64,000 bases of DNA from Yuukianura sp. NJ FZ-2021 (lineage: Eukaryota), in assembly GCA_046563655.1 (NCBI GenBank), contig CM102286.1:10788001-10852000 (forward strand), in the 5' to 3' direction. Position 1 is the first letter of the stretch. The number at the start of each line of letters is the position of its first letter. The notes beneath the pieces were generated by a model that had not been told where the DNA came from, ran no database searches, and was given only the letters and a program-made list of their open reading frames with translations. Below, piece after piece: positions 11,735-23,551 of this stretch. Both the position numbers and the translations under genes were made by a program.

Positions 11735-14700
11735 TTAAGCCATCATAGTACAGGCAGTACTAGTCCCAGCAGCAAGGGGGTTTCGAAAGTGAGCATAAAC
11801 GCCATCTCGTGTTGACACCATGAGGCATTTCCAGCAAAAATGGGTTTTGCATTTGAAGCATTCCATATGATTGCACCCGCCATTTTTCTGGAAACCGGAA
11901 TATTTCTTTGGTTAACTTTTCCCGGTAATTCTTGAAGAATTTGCAAGTTAGCATTAAATTGTATTGCTATTACCTCAATATCCGCTTTGCAATTTGGGCA
12001 TTTCTTGCAGTTTGTCGCCAAAAATGCTTTTGTCAGAATCGATTCCACTCCTTTTTCTAATTTCGTCTTCCCGTATCTCTGTTCCAACTTTTGCTTAGTT
12101 GCTGCAGACCCTTGGGCATATTGTGTCAGGATTATTTGACGTTCCGTTTCATTTTCAAATTCGTCACAAGGATTGTTGCCATGGTAGGGATCGTTGCAGT
12201 TAGTGCAAAAAGTGAGGTCACAGAGGTCACAGTGACCACGCGTTGGCTCCGAGAAGTCTAGTTCGATGAATGCATCACAACCTGGGGTAGGACAATGTAC
12301 CTAAAACATAGAAACACTCGGAGTAAAAGAAAACATATAGAAAAACAAAACAAGATTTTTGAAAAAAATACATTTTACATTCCATCAAAAAAAGGTTTTG
12401 GAAAACATTCTTGCAGTTTTTTTTATTCCTTCTTGCAATTATAACTGTAAGAAGTAATGGAAAAACATCGGAATCAAGTTCCAATGCATAAACGAAACGA
12501 AACGAAACCATTTCCGCGGCCGTTTCCGCATTTGCTGGAAACGATATAAAAGTTCCGTTTCCGTTTCGTCTCCAGTGTGGTGGAACCGTGTCTGCTTCTA
12601 GATGAAGCTGGAAACGCAGTTCCTCAAATTTTTAAATTTCCGGCATTTTTTTGAATTTTTCATAGTAAATTTTGTATAAAAAATGAATTAAAAATGCAGA
12701 ACTCATGTTGAAATTTTGTGCTTATGTGCTCTTCGCGGTTATTTCTCACTAATCTCTGACAAATGAAGAAACCACAAAAGCTGCCCCCATCACTCCGACC
12801 CTATTTTGCTCAACATATTCCTACATATCGGTTTCAGTTTTGTTCCGTTTCGTCCCGGTGCCGTTTTCTTTCTATTTCCCAATTTATAAACTTGTTTCGT
12901 TCCAATTTCAAAAACTCGGTTCCAGTGCCGTTTCCGTTCCCTAAACGGAACGGAACGGACCTTGAACAACCTTAGAATTTTTTTTAGGAAATGAATTTTA
13001 TATTTTATGAAAAAAAAAGTTCAGAGAACTTTTATTTGTAGTTTTTGTTCTTACGATATCAGATTGGGTAGCCAAGAAGTTCTCCAGCAAAATCCGGTCA
13101 TAACTTTTGTACAATTCCGGGCCGACCAGGGTCTTGATCAAAGCAGGACTGATTTCCATGTCACAGTTTTCACCCAAGCATAGGATGGAGTTGACTTGGC
13201 GTTCATTAATTAACACTGTAAACCAATCAGTTAAGCAACTTTTGCAATTAACATGACAGCAGTCAAACATGACACAAGCGGATGGGTTGTTCTCCATGTA
13301 GCAAATGTTGCATAAATCGGTTGCTTCTCCAGGCAAATTTACGACGTTAGCGCTCCCTCTCCGTGTTGTTGCTTGCTGAATTCGATTTGAACCAGCAGCG
13401 GCCGCGTTCAGTCGGAACTTGTTCCTGAGTTCCACTTGCCGCTCTTCCTTCTTTTGTGCCTCTCCACAGTACAGCAATTTCCCGTTTGATAATTGTGACA
13501 AATGCATTACTCTAATGGCAGTTTGGGCGTGGAGGGGATTTTCAAAACAAACGAATCCGAAGCCTTTCGAAATCCCAGCTTCGTTTTTCATCACTACACA
13601 TGACAGAATCTTGCCAAAATGAGTAAAGGCATGGAGAAGTTCACGGTCGGTGTCGATGAATCCCCGAATGTTTTTGACGTAAATGTTATTTTTCCAGCGG
13701 CGCAGACTTGTGGAAGCTGCTGCAGTGCCACGAGGCACTAAATTTGAATCACGTTTGAAATTAGAATTAGAAGCCATGGCGCGTTTGAAATTAGAAGCCA
13801 TAGCAACTCCTCTCCGAGCAACAGTTGTATTGGCGTTCTGTTCAGAATTGTTGTTGTGTGATATTATTGTCACGGGTGAGGCTCGCACTGTAGTTCCCAA
13901 CGCCAAATTTGAATGTACAGGCGTACGAGCGTAAGTTGGCACAATCAACCCATTGTGTATAGCACGAGGCGATGAAAATTTTGAGCTTCGGTGCTGTTCC
14001 TTAGTCAAATGTTTGGCCACGTAGAGTCGCTTACCATTGGAAAGTGGGTGACCGTCCAGTTTTGCGAAAGCCTGCAAAGCATCTTCTGGATTTTGAAAAC
14101 AAACGAATCCAAATCCTTTTAGAATGCCATTCTCGTCACGCTCAAGTTTTGCTGAGGTAATCGTTCCATAAGGACGGAACAAATCGATCAAGTCACTATT
14201 TTCAGAAAACGCGCCAAGGAAGTTCTTGACGTATAAGTTTGTAAAAGGGCGGGCCTTTTCACGCTCTTCAGCAGTTTGATACTGCTGTACTTTGACCTCT
14301 TGGCCTTTGTATATCAAGCCACTGCACTTTTCAATTGCTTCGCCAACTGATGATGGATTTTCAAAATGAACAATTCCGTATCCAAGCGATTTTCGGGAAA
14401 TTTTGTCCCGAGCAATACAACTAGATTTGATGTTGCCAAATTTCTGGAATATGTATATCAAACTGTCTTCCCCCACAGAAGGGTGTAGGTTGCTTACGTA
14501 AATGGCGGTGCATTTTCGAGGTGCGGTTGAATTGGAAGATAAGGTCATGCCTTGTAAGCGTCTTGAACAGGTTGGAATTTCGTCATCTTGGACGACCACG
14601 ACAGGACTAAAAAGAAACCCGAAAAAAAAGACTAATGTGAGTTCAGAAATTTTTTCAAAAAAAAATATTTTTGTTTCTTCACAAATTGATGGTTTATTGT

Positions 14701-15095
14701 TTGTTCAAGAGTAGGAATTTCCCAGCGGAAGTCAATTTTTCACTTTTTTCTATTTTTTTTAAAGTTTGAAAGAAATTCTAAAAAAAAAAAAAAGAAAAAT
14801 TTTGAGATTTTTTTTTGAAATTTTGAAAAAAAATCGAAAACAGTTGGAAGACTGGTCTCCGCTGGCAAATCTTAGTACACTAAAAACCATCAAGTTATGA
14901 AAAAGCAACAAAAAAAAATTTTTTTTTTTGTCAAAAGTATTAACCCCACGATAGTAATTTTTAAGCCAACTCCGAAATTAAGAGATTCACGGTAACAACA
15001 TTTGACAGACTTGAAAAGTACATGATAATTACTCACCGAGTTGAAGTTGATCTTGGTCCAGAATTTGACACTGTCGGGGGAAAATGCTTTGTCAT
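11735..15095 (-). CDS. 3xRRM (PABP-like) + RING1-IBR-RING2 (RNF14/ARA54-like) E3 ubiquitin ligase; exons 15095-15037, 14606-13055, 12300-11974, 11887-11735
   Basis: RRM motifs [33 protein letters not shown] and [15 protein letters not shown]...[19 protein letters not shown]1 [51 protein letters not shown]2 [30 protein letters not shown]. All three introns are GT-AG and splice in frame. Confidence 0.88.
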
Positions 15096-16313
15096 TTTAT
15101 TAACACAAAAGATTTGGAGTGGTTGGTATAATTTGTGTTAAAATGCCGTTTTTTTGAAAAGTTTTTTCAGAAAACTGCCAGTTTTCAAGTGGTTAAAATG
15201 AAACGGATTGTGAGATTTCACTAATTTTTGGACACAGTTAAAGAAAAAGAGGGTGCAGATTTAGTTAAGTCAGGAGTTATATATAAAAGTCAAAGTTTGG
15301 TAGTAAAGCAAACCTAATCATTATTGGAATAACACACTTACACAAAATGTTAAACTATCCTTCCATCTTTCCTCTGTTTGATTAAATATGTTATAAATCC
15401 TACAATATGTAGCACTGTAGCAGCTTTATTAGTTGTTCTGTTCAGTTCATGCCATTGCCAACGAACCACACGAACTCTTATTCTGAAATTATTATGGCAG
15501 TTTAAAGAACAAATGAGTCATCGATACAAAACTTCACTTAGAGTAACTCCATGCAACTGCAGTCAGTCTGCTGATTCTGTTGTCAAGATGTTGAATTTGA
15601 GATTGTGATAAGCGTTACAATCTCCATCTCATTTACCATCATTATCCCTAGTCATTTGTGTGTTTGCTTGATTGTAAAGCGCCAAAATGACACGAAAACC
15701 GTTAAAATTTTTTTCACTATAAAAATCTAGGTTCTGCTCCTTTGAAAGCTTAAACCACTACTGGGAATCCTATCGCGACTCCCAAGGATTTTAAATGGAT
15801 TTTCTAAAAATAAAGATCAACAACTTTTGTAATCTTATTGTTGCCATTTCCAGTGACGCAGAACACTTGACGCTATTTACGTTAGCAGTTCTCCAGCATC
15901 TCAACAACAACAACTTTGGAATTGTCAATTGCTAGATCTGACGAGAGGATTTCTCACCATTACTACCAAAACGATTATGAAATTTTTCGGGCATTGTTAA
16001 ATCTTCAACTTGTATTTTACATCACCCGATTATAAATCTCAAGAAATTCTGAGTTTGACATCGAAAATGTCCGAATGCATAAAATATTTTCCAGGTCAAA
16101 TTCAGAATTTAGGTTAGGTAGCAACTGGCGAAGTGCCTCAATTAATTGAATCATTTTACCGGAATAAGTTGAACACTGAGATTAAAACCACCTAAATACT
16201 TATGCAGAGAAACAAAACCAAAACTTTAGCTTAGTAGTTTCAAATTTATGCTTTTTTTTTATTTAAGTAAGTCACACTGACGTTGAGATTAGCGTTGTGC
16301 TGCCATTCCAAAT

Positions 16314-17715
16314 TCAATGAATCGAAAGACGCTCAAGCTGTGAAAGCGAAGCGCCTTCGCAGCATTGTTCAACTGTCCAACCTACGGCTAATTTGTCCAA
16401 ATTTCGAAGAGTTTCCATAGCTTTGTTGATAAACGCATTCAAAACTTCCCGCATTTCTGTTGTTTCCTTTCCCAGCTCGTGTGAAATATTGTTGTACGGA
16501 TTCACAGGATCCACGACCAAAGGCATTCCCGACCTCATCTGCATTCTTGCTACAGAAAAGAGTTTTACCAAAGAGTTATTACGGTAAAATACACATGGTT
16601 GATTTGCAAACGTGCCAAAAATATTTTGTTCCCATTGCTGTAATGTTAACAAAGTCAATATTTCAGTTCCTTTCGTTATTACGTAAATATTTATTTACGT
16701 ACTCATGCCCTTTGGTGTTAAGTTCGTGAATATCTCGACCTTTTTCAGTAAATATTATATTTACTTAAGTATTTCGATGGTAGTAAATATTTTTGGCACG
16801 TCTGTTTATTAGTGACTGACAACTTACCATAGGCACCTTCAGCGTCGAAAGTACTAAACCAAATTTGCATGGAATCCATTGTCGTCATGGCAACCAGGAA
16901 ACGCTTAAATCCAGTTAACAAGTGTTTTTTCTTTTTGCGCATGTTGGCATGAATTGCAATGAGTTCGATCATTGTTGACCTCCCGGGAATGTATACGTCT
17001 TTTTTTAATAGGAACTTGCTTGTTCCAGTACTTGGCGAGTCGAATGACATCGTCAACAAATTCGGAATATCCAAGAACGAAGCTGACCGCGTACTCCTGC
17101 AAACTGGAACTGAATACCCCGCCTGATTCTTTGGACGAAGGTCTTCGGCTTCCTTCAATCGCCTTAATAGTATGGTAGATTTGTGCTTCTCTGCCTTTTC
17201 TTGACCCCACTTCAAAGTTCACGGCAGGAAGCAAATCGAACTTGTAAATTCCAATTTCAAACTGTAATCCAAACTTTGTTGCTCTTCCGTAGACAAAATC
17301 CGGCCCAAATGTCTTCGTTCCTTCTACTGCGAACTTTTGGTCAAAAAAGTTCAAAAATACTGTAAACGGCGGAAGTTGGTTGTTCAGAAAAACAACCAAA
17401 TCGTAGTCAGGGTTAAATGCATCTCCTAGTCCAGTATTTTTTCCCATACTTCCTCCAATCAATGTCCTGGCAATTTTGAACTCTTCGAACTGCTGCAAAT
17501 ACTTGAATATTTTGTCAGCAAGTTGGTTTCCTGTTCGCCTGTACTCCGGGCTCGGGGTTAGCTGTTTTCGAACAAACGTTTCCAAACGCCTATCCATTTC
17601 ATTGATTATGTCAACCCGAAATGAGCTTTGTCTCCGTAAATACTCCCTGGAATTAACAAAAAAAAAACAACAAATTATATGTTACTCATTTTTATAAATT
17701 TATTGTTTCTTACAT
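16314..17715 (-). CDS. 2'-5'-oligoadenylate synthetase (OAS)-like nucleotidyltransferase; one-base frameshift in A7 run at 17000-17006 (assembly error or pseudogenisation)
   Basis: GGSMGKNT, DYDLVVFL, FDLLPA, VIRLAKYW, STMIELIAIH, GFKRFL and PLVVDPVNPYNNI occur in OAS order. Model: ATG split as AT(17715-17714)|G(17646); exon to 16828; intron 16827-16550; last exon 16549-16314. Confidence 0.85.
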
Positions 17716-17875
17716 CTTCTCCAAACGCAACGCTGTATTTTTAAAGACAATTCTCGGTCGAAGTGCTACCTACCACTGTGAAACTGTTTGAAATTCAATA
17801 AATAAATATAGTAAGTTCGCATGTCATTCCGAAGTCACAGCACACTGGGGAACCTCTACAGCAAAAGAGTCAAGT

Positions 17876-18693
17876 TATTAAGTAGCGAAGCTACTTTATA
17901 CATCGACCTTGTCTGTCTGGCCGGCCGTCCGTCCGTCCGTCTCCGGCAATTATCTCGGAAACGGATGAACATTTCCGGGATCTGTTTTCACCGGTGGACA
18001 CCTAGCGACCCGATGATGTTCACTATTGAATATCACCCCGGTGGGTCAACTCCTTCCGGGTCAAAGGTCAAGGTCAACCGGTGCCATCCCCGGTAACATA
18101 GAAAATGACCTCTACAAAAGTTGTTCGTCTCATCGAGACCAACAACTTTTGTGTATGTCACATGACCCCAAGTGACCTCCTTCCGGGTCAAAGGTCAAGG
18201 TGAACCGGTTTCATCCCGGCAACATGCAAAATGACCTCTACAAAAGTTGTTCGTCTCATCGAGACCAACAACTTTTGTGTATCTCACATGACCCCAAGTG
18301 ACCTCCTTCCGGGTCAAAGGTCAAGGTGAACCGGTTTCATCCCGGCAACATGCAAAATGACCTCTACAAAAGTTGTTCGTCTCATCGAGACCAACAACTT
18401 TTGTTTACGTGACGTGAACCCAGGTGACCTCCTCCAGGATCAAAGGTCAATTTTTTTCGCTTTAACGCCCTGATAGGGGGCAACCCATCTTCACCCCCCG
18501 GGTGAACCCATCTCCACTCCCCCGGGGGGAACCCATCTCGACTCCCCCGGGGGGAACCCATCTCGACTCCCCCGGGGGAACCTATGTCCACTCCTCCGGG
18601 TGGGGGCAGAAAAGTAAGGGGTCCACCCCCCTCTCCCCCCGGTGGGAGCCGCTATCTTCGCTACTTACGTACACCGGTTTACAACCGTTTATT
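17876..18693 (+). mobile_element. Helentron-associated non-autonomous element (HINE/DINE-1-like)
   Basis: 5' subTIR AAGTAGCGAAG with adjacent CTACTT fold-back; (GTCY)n microsatellite; central 126-bp tandem repeats; 3' subTIR CTTCGCTACTT followed by a short hairpin-like tail. Confidence 0.7.
18048..18450. repeat. 126-bp tandem repeat (about 3 copies) inside the HINE
   Basis: AAAATGACCTCTACAAAAGTTGTTCGTCTCATCGAGACC at about 18102, 18228 and 18354. Confidence 0.9.
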
Positions 18694-19075
18694 ATGTGTG
18701 AATGGGTTTGTTTGTTACTGTTACATTCTGATGCCCCTGTCAGTGCAATTAGTAAGCAAGCGCCTGCACGCATAAAGCGCGTCAAGTCAAATGCGCTTAA
18801 CCAAAAAGCGCCAATTTAGCCATAAAATAGCTTGCAATCAAATTATAGTCGGCAAGATTGTTTACTTCACTTTGACTATACCTTTCCGCGCCGAAGACGC
18901 GATATTTAAGTTGCTATAATAATAAATTCTATAATGAGTTGTGATTTGCAATACCAAAGCCTTGTAGTGAAAAATCAATACAACTAATTCGCCTAGAGCC
19001 TGAACGCAAATTAGTTGTATTGATTTTTCGCTGCTAAGTTATTATTTTTTCTAAAATAATAACTTCGAAGTTATT

Positions 19076-19722
19076 GCATTACTTCATTGCGGTGCATCAG
19101 TATCGAGTGACGGTTTACACGGCCTAAGTTGCACCAGAAGCGCCGGAAGACATTCAAGACATGCTGCTGTGAACGACATCATCTCAAGATCCCTTCATAC
19201 AGCAGGTATACCTTGCATCAAAGAACCCGCGGGTTGTTCTAGAAAAGATGGGAAGAGACCAGATGGCATGACAGTCATCCCGTGGAAAAATGGCCGATCC
19301 ATGGTATGGGACTTTACCTGCCGTGACACTTTTGCACCATCTTATATTGCTACATCATCATCCTCTCGCGGTCATGCAGCTACATTAGCCGAAATCCATA
19401 AACACGACCTCTACCGTGACCTTGAAAACAAATTTACTGTTTCCATCATCGCCGTCGAGACTACTGGAGTTTACGGTGAAGAAGGCCTCCGACTGCTGAA
19501 TTCTATTGGTCATCGACTTTGTGAAACATCCGGTGACAATAGAGCAACTTCCTTTCTTTTCCAACGTATCAGCCTGGCCATCCAGAGAGGAAACAGTACT
19601 TCAATATTGGGAACCCTTCCGGCCGGGAGAGAACTTTACGAAATCTACATGCTTTAATTTCTTCTGTTTGTTTTTGCTAGTACAAAATAAAATTTTAAAA
19701 AGTTATATAAAAAAAAAAAAAA
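19076..19722 (+). mobile_element. 5'-truncated non-LTR retrotransposon with C-terminal restriction-like endonuclease (CRE/R2-group type)
   Basis: CG...HGLSC...RHAAVNDII...KRPDG...VWDFT (zinc knuckle + PD-(D/E)xK) ending at 19657; poly(A) tail; 15-bp TSD AACTTCGAAGTTATT at 19061-19075 and 19723-19737. Confidence 0.88.
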
Positions 19723-21772
19723 AACTTCGAAGTTATTATACTTTCTAAAACGGTTGCAATTTGGAACCTTTTGTTACCTTCTTATCAAAACCGTGCTAAA
19801 ATGTCAAAAATCGGGATTCTCTGATTGGTTTTTAAAGGTGTTTTTGATTGGAATTTTGGAAGAAGTGAATTGCTTGTTCGATGAGACTTCTATAAATAAT
19901 TATATTTGTGAAATTTGTTCTTTTTCTGCTCTCTCAACTTTAACCAATTTTATGCACATTTGACTAAAATTTACATTTAAGATGAAATTTTCGACTGTGT
20001 ACGTGTACTGCTAGTGCTTTTGCACCAGTGTGCTTGCAGTGTTGCATGCTTTTAGTATTCGGATATTATCAAATCCCTTATCTGTTCTTTTGTATGCAAT
20101 TTGGGTTGGTTTTACATGCTGACAGTGCACATAAGCTCTGAAGTTAAGTTTATGATAAGAAGTTAAGAAATGAATCATCAGCGTCGTTTAGAAGCTGCAT
20201 ACAAGTGATATTCAATGGGCAATTCAAAATGATGTTGTTGTGTAGACAGTTGCTGAAAAGACAAGAAGTTTAAGAATGACTCATCCTACAGGTTATGTTT
20301 GGTTGTATGATAAATCTCGTTGAAAAATGATTTCTGAAATCTAAATTTTGAAAAAGGTACCGCAAGTGAATATATTTTTTTGAGAACGCAGGGGTTCATT
20401 TAGGTTTTATTTTTTATAAAAGAAATTGAATTCAACATGTTGAATTGGCAACATTTTGGAATGAGTTTAGAATATTGTATAGTTCGAGATAAGCCTTTCA
20501 AAAAATTTTATTTACAAACCCAACTGCTTTATATTTTCATCAAAACAATTAAAAATTTTGAAATTTTTGAAACTTTATCACTTTATACTATAAAAACGGA
20601 CTTAGGTTTCTAGCTTTCTAACAGCTTCGCAATTTTCGAATCTTACTCTTGTTAATTTCCGCAATTGGAATTTTACACCAGTAGAAGTTCAGCCAAGTTA
20701 TTCCCTCCCAATTCTTCACTAGAGTTGCGTGGTTGAGTTGTACTAAAAAATTAAAACAAAACGAAAACATGAAACCAACAGAAGATCGCGAAAATTAGGA
20801 CTTTGATGGTTCTATCGAAAACATTAACGTATTTGCAGGGTAAACAGTTGAACTGAATTTGTATTGGGAATGTTTACCCCGTCATGTTTTAGCGAAAACA
20901 AAATTTGGATACAAAAATGGCTGCCATTCCAACTTTGTTCCAGTTGACAGTAGAATGCTGAAGACGGAATTTTTGACGCGCAGATGCCGCATGTCCGTTC
21001 GGTTTCCAATTTTTGAAATTTACCGGGTTCAGACGGTTTGTTCATAGCAACTTCCAGAGAATGTTGACCACACGAGTTCGTTTCCAGCAAATGATGACCT
21101 TGACCTTGGAGAGAAGCGATGCAGGCTGTGGTGAATTTTGAAATTGAACAAGAGAGTAACGGATTCCAAGTGGTTGAATAATTTTCAGTGGACGATGAAT
21201 TTTGATGTTTTGGAGAACTTTTGCTCAAAAAGTATCCAGGGCGGATTCGAGGGTCAATTACATAAAATGGAAGCATCACCATTTTAGATGTAACTTTTGA
21301 TTTTTAAAGACCAACAACACTAAAAAAAACTTCTCCTTTTTTATTTTTGAAACATTTACAAAATTGGTTTGCTTGATTTCACTCCCATCTGATAAAATTT
21401 AGTTGTTGTAACAAATATCTGATTAAAATCTAAAATCCATTTTCAATGACTTGAAAATTTTTAAGTTCGATGCTGATGAAGACGATGTGATGATGATAAT
21501 TATGATGATGCGATGATGCTTAAAAAGTGATGACGATGATGTGATGATGATTAAGGAATTGACATTGATTATGCCTGATTAGTCTGCTGGATCAAAATCA
21601 AAACCAGTTTTAATGTTCAAAAAACAAATTGAAAGCTGAGGCGAATTTCTTTGAGGATTATTCACAAAGTCATTGAAACACAAAGACAAAATTTTTTAAA
21701 AAAATTTCTTTTCGTTTTGAAAAAAGTTCATTTTTTGAAAAAGTCAGTACAGTGAATTCGTTGCTCTGATTG

Positions 21773-22465
21773 GCAGGGGGTGGGCTACCGTATTGAACGC
21801 TCGTTGGTCCAAACTGACAAGATCATTCGACTGAAAATCAAGCACAAGTTATTTCAGTGTCTCCGCCAAGAAAAACATTTGCTGAACGTCGTCAAATTGT
21901 GGCGTGCCCGTTGCATCGTAGACATCTAAAACTCCGAAGTAGCCCCGCCCACGCTCCCCCTTTGTGGCTGCATGAATCGCTTGCACTGCCTACCAAGCCC
22001 ACTCACGGTATTTTGTTTCTCCTGTGATTCGATACAGGACGAAGTAGCTTCAATCACTTCCGGTCTCAGGCCGCATACCACGCTTCTCCAGCAATATCCG
22101 TCGTCGCTTCCAGACCAAGAGTGTCATTGAACCGAAACAGTTCCGGTCCGACCTGAGATGCCGCTCGGACGTACGATTCGTGACAAGTGGTGGCAACTTG
22201 CACCGCCGAACTCGTGGTGGCTCCGAGTGCGAACATTCCACCGGCAAAACATGCCAAATGACCCATCTTGTTCTGGATTTCGTCTCCGACTTTGTCGGCA
22301 GCAAATAACCAGTGACTTTGTTGCGAAGTTCGGAGAAGATCGTTGGCTATGAAAGCGTCCATGGCTGCGTCGTACATCTCACGCAATGCGCATCGTTAAA
22401 CATTATGGAAGCCTTGAGCAAGTATTCATAGAATGAGTCACCTCCACCTCCGAGAGTGACGTATT
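21773..22465 (-). pseudogene. Class I alpha-1,2-mannosidase (GH47) pseudogene fragment
   Basis: GGGGDSFYEYLLKA, KMGHLACFAGGMFALGA, CHESY..GPELFRF, DDVQQMFFLAETLK and FNTVAHPLP, with frameshifts and stops; no introns seen in this stretch. Confidence 0.85.
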
Positions 22466-23551
22466 CTGTCATCCCTTTTGTACAGGGTGGGCTCGCAATG
22501 TTCTAGTACAACAAAGCAAATGTTCTTTAGAAAGTACAAAGTAAACCGAGAAACGACGCTTACTTGAGATATTGTCGAGCATGCTAAATGGAATCTGACG
22601 GCAGTGGGGTGGTTCTAAGATTCTCCCTTTAGCCCTTTTTCGTAGAGCTAACGTCGCTAATTATGTAGTGAAGGTTAAATTTTTTTTTTCAATACATTAG
22701 TAGACGTTGATGCTTATATCATCTACGTCACTGTCGACGCTAGGTGCAAATTCGAAAATTTTGTGGTCTTTTCAGTGTCAGTGAAACGTGTTCCTCGAAT
22801 CCGCATTATTTTTCGTTTCTTGCGTGAAATAATGCAATTAAGTCATTGGAATCTAATCAGTTACTTACCACAGTGGTAAGTAAGTTACCACAGTATAATT
22901 AGTAATGTAAGCAGGTTAGAGTAGAGAGTCTCTCTCTACTCTAAACGAAATACTAAGACATGAGACCTTGTCATAATCTGTTGGTTTGATTTGAAACAGC
23001 AGCCTTTTAAAAAAAAACTTAGGACGACCGCCCGCCCGTGTCCTTCATACTGGTAAAATCATCATAACGTGAATAGAATAGGAAAAGGAATTTCTGTCTT
23101 AACACCTCTGTTTTTCCTGCAATACTGCACTACTTTTCCATTTCTTTCTATTCCAAATCAAATTCTAAACCGCAAAAAGGTAAACGGCAAGTCCAACTTG
23201 AGTCAAGTGTGAAGTGTCAGTCTCAGTGAAGTGTTTTGTTTTGCAAGCAATGAAAGTGTCAGGAACTCGTGACATTGAAATAAAAGCTACCTTTTAGAAC
23301 AATTCCCACAGAAGTAATCCCAACAAAAAGTGGTCGCTACAAATTTTATAGTGAGTTTTGGTAATTCAACTACAATATATTAGATCTTCAAGTTCACAGT
23401 TTTCCTATGTACTTATCATAACAGTTTGAAATTCAAACTTTGAATTAATCTACTACTTACTATCTATCTCTCTATCCTCCAGACTCACTGCAACGACGGG
23501 TCACTCTGCTCCTGTGCGGCCTCCTGAAAGTGTTAACACATTCTTGAGAGA

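Noticed and set aside
16550..16745. Extra OAS coding sequence (QQWEQNIFG...) suggested by the ORF track
   Set aside because: A single phase-1 intron 16827-16550 gives better OAS spacing, and the region holds an inverted repeat.
20824..21282. 152-aa minus-strand ORF
   Set aside because: No recognisable domain or supporting exon structure.
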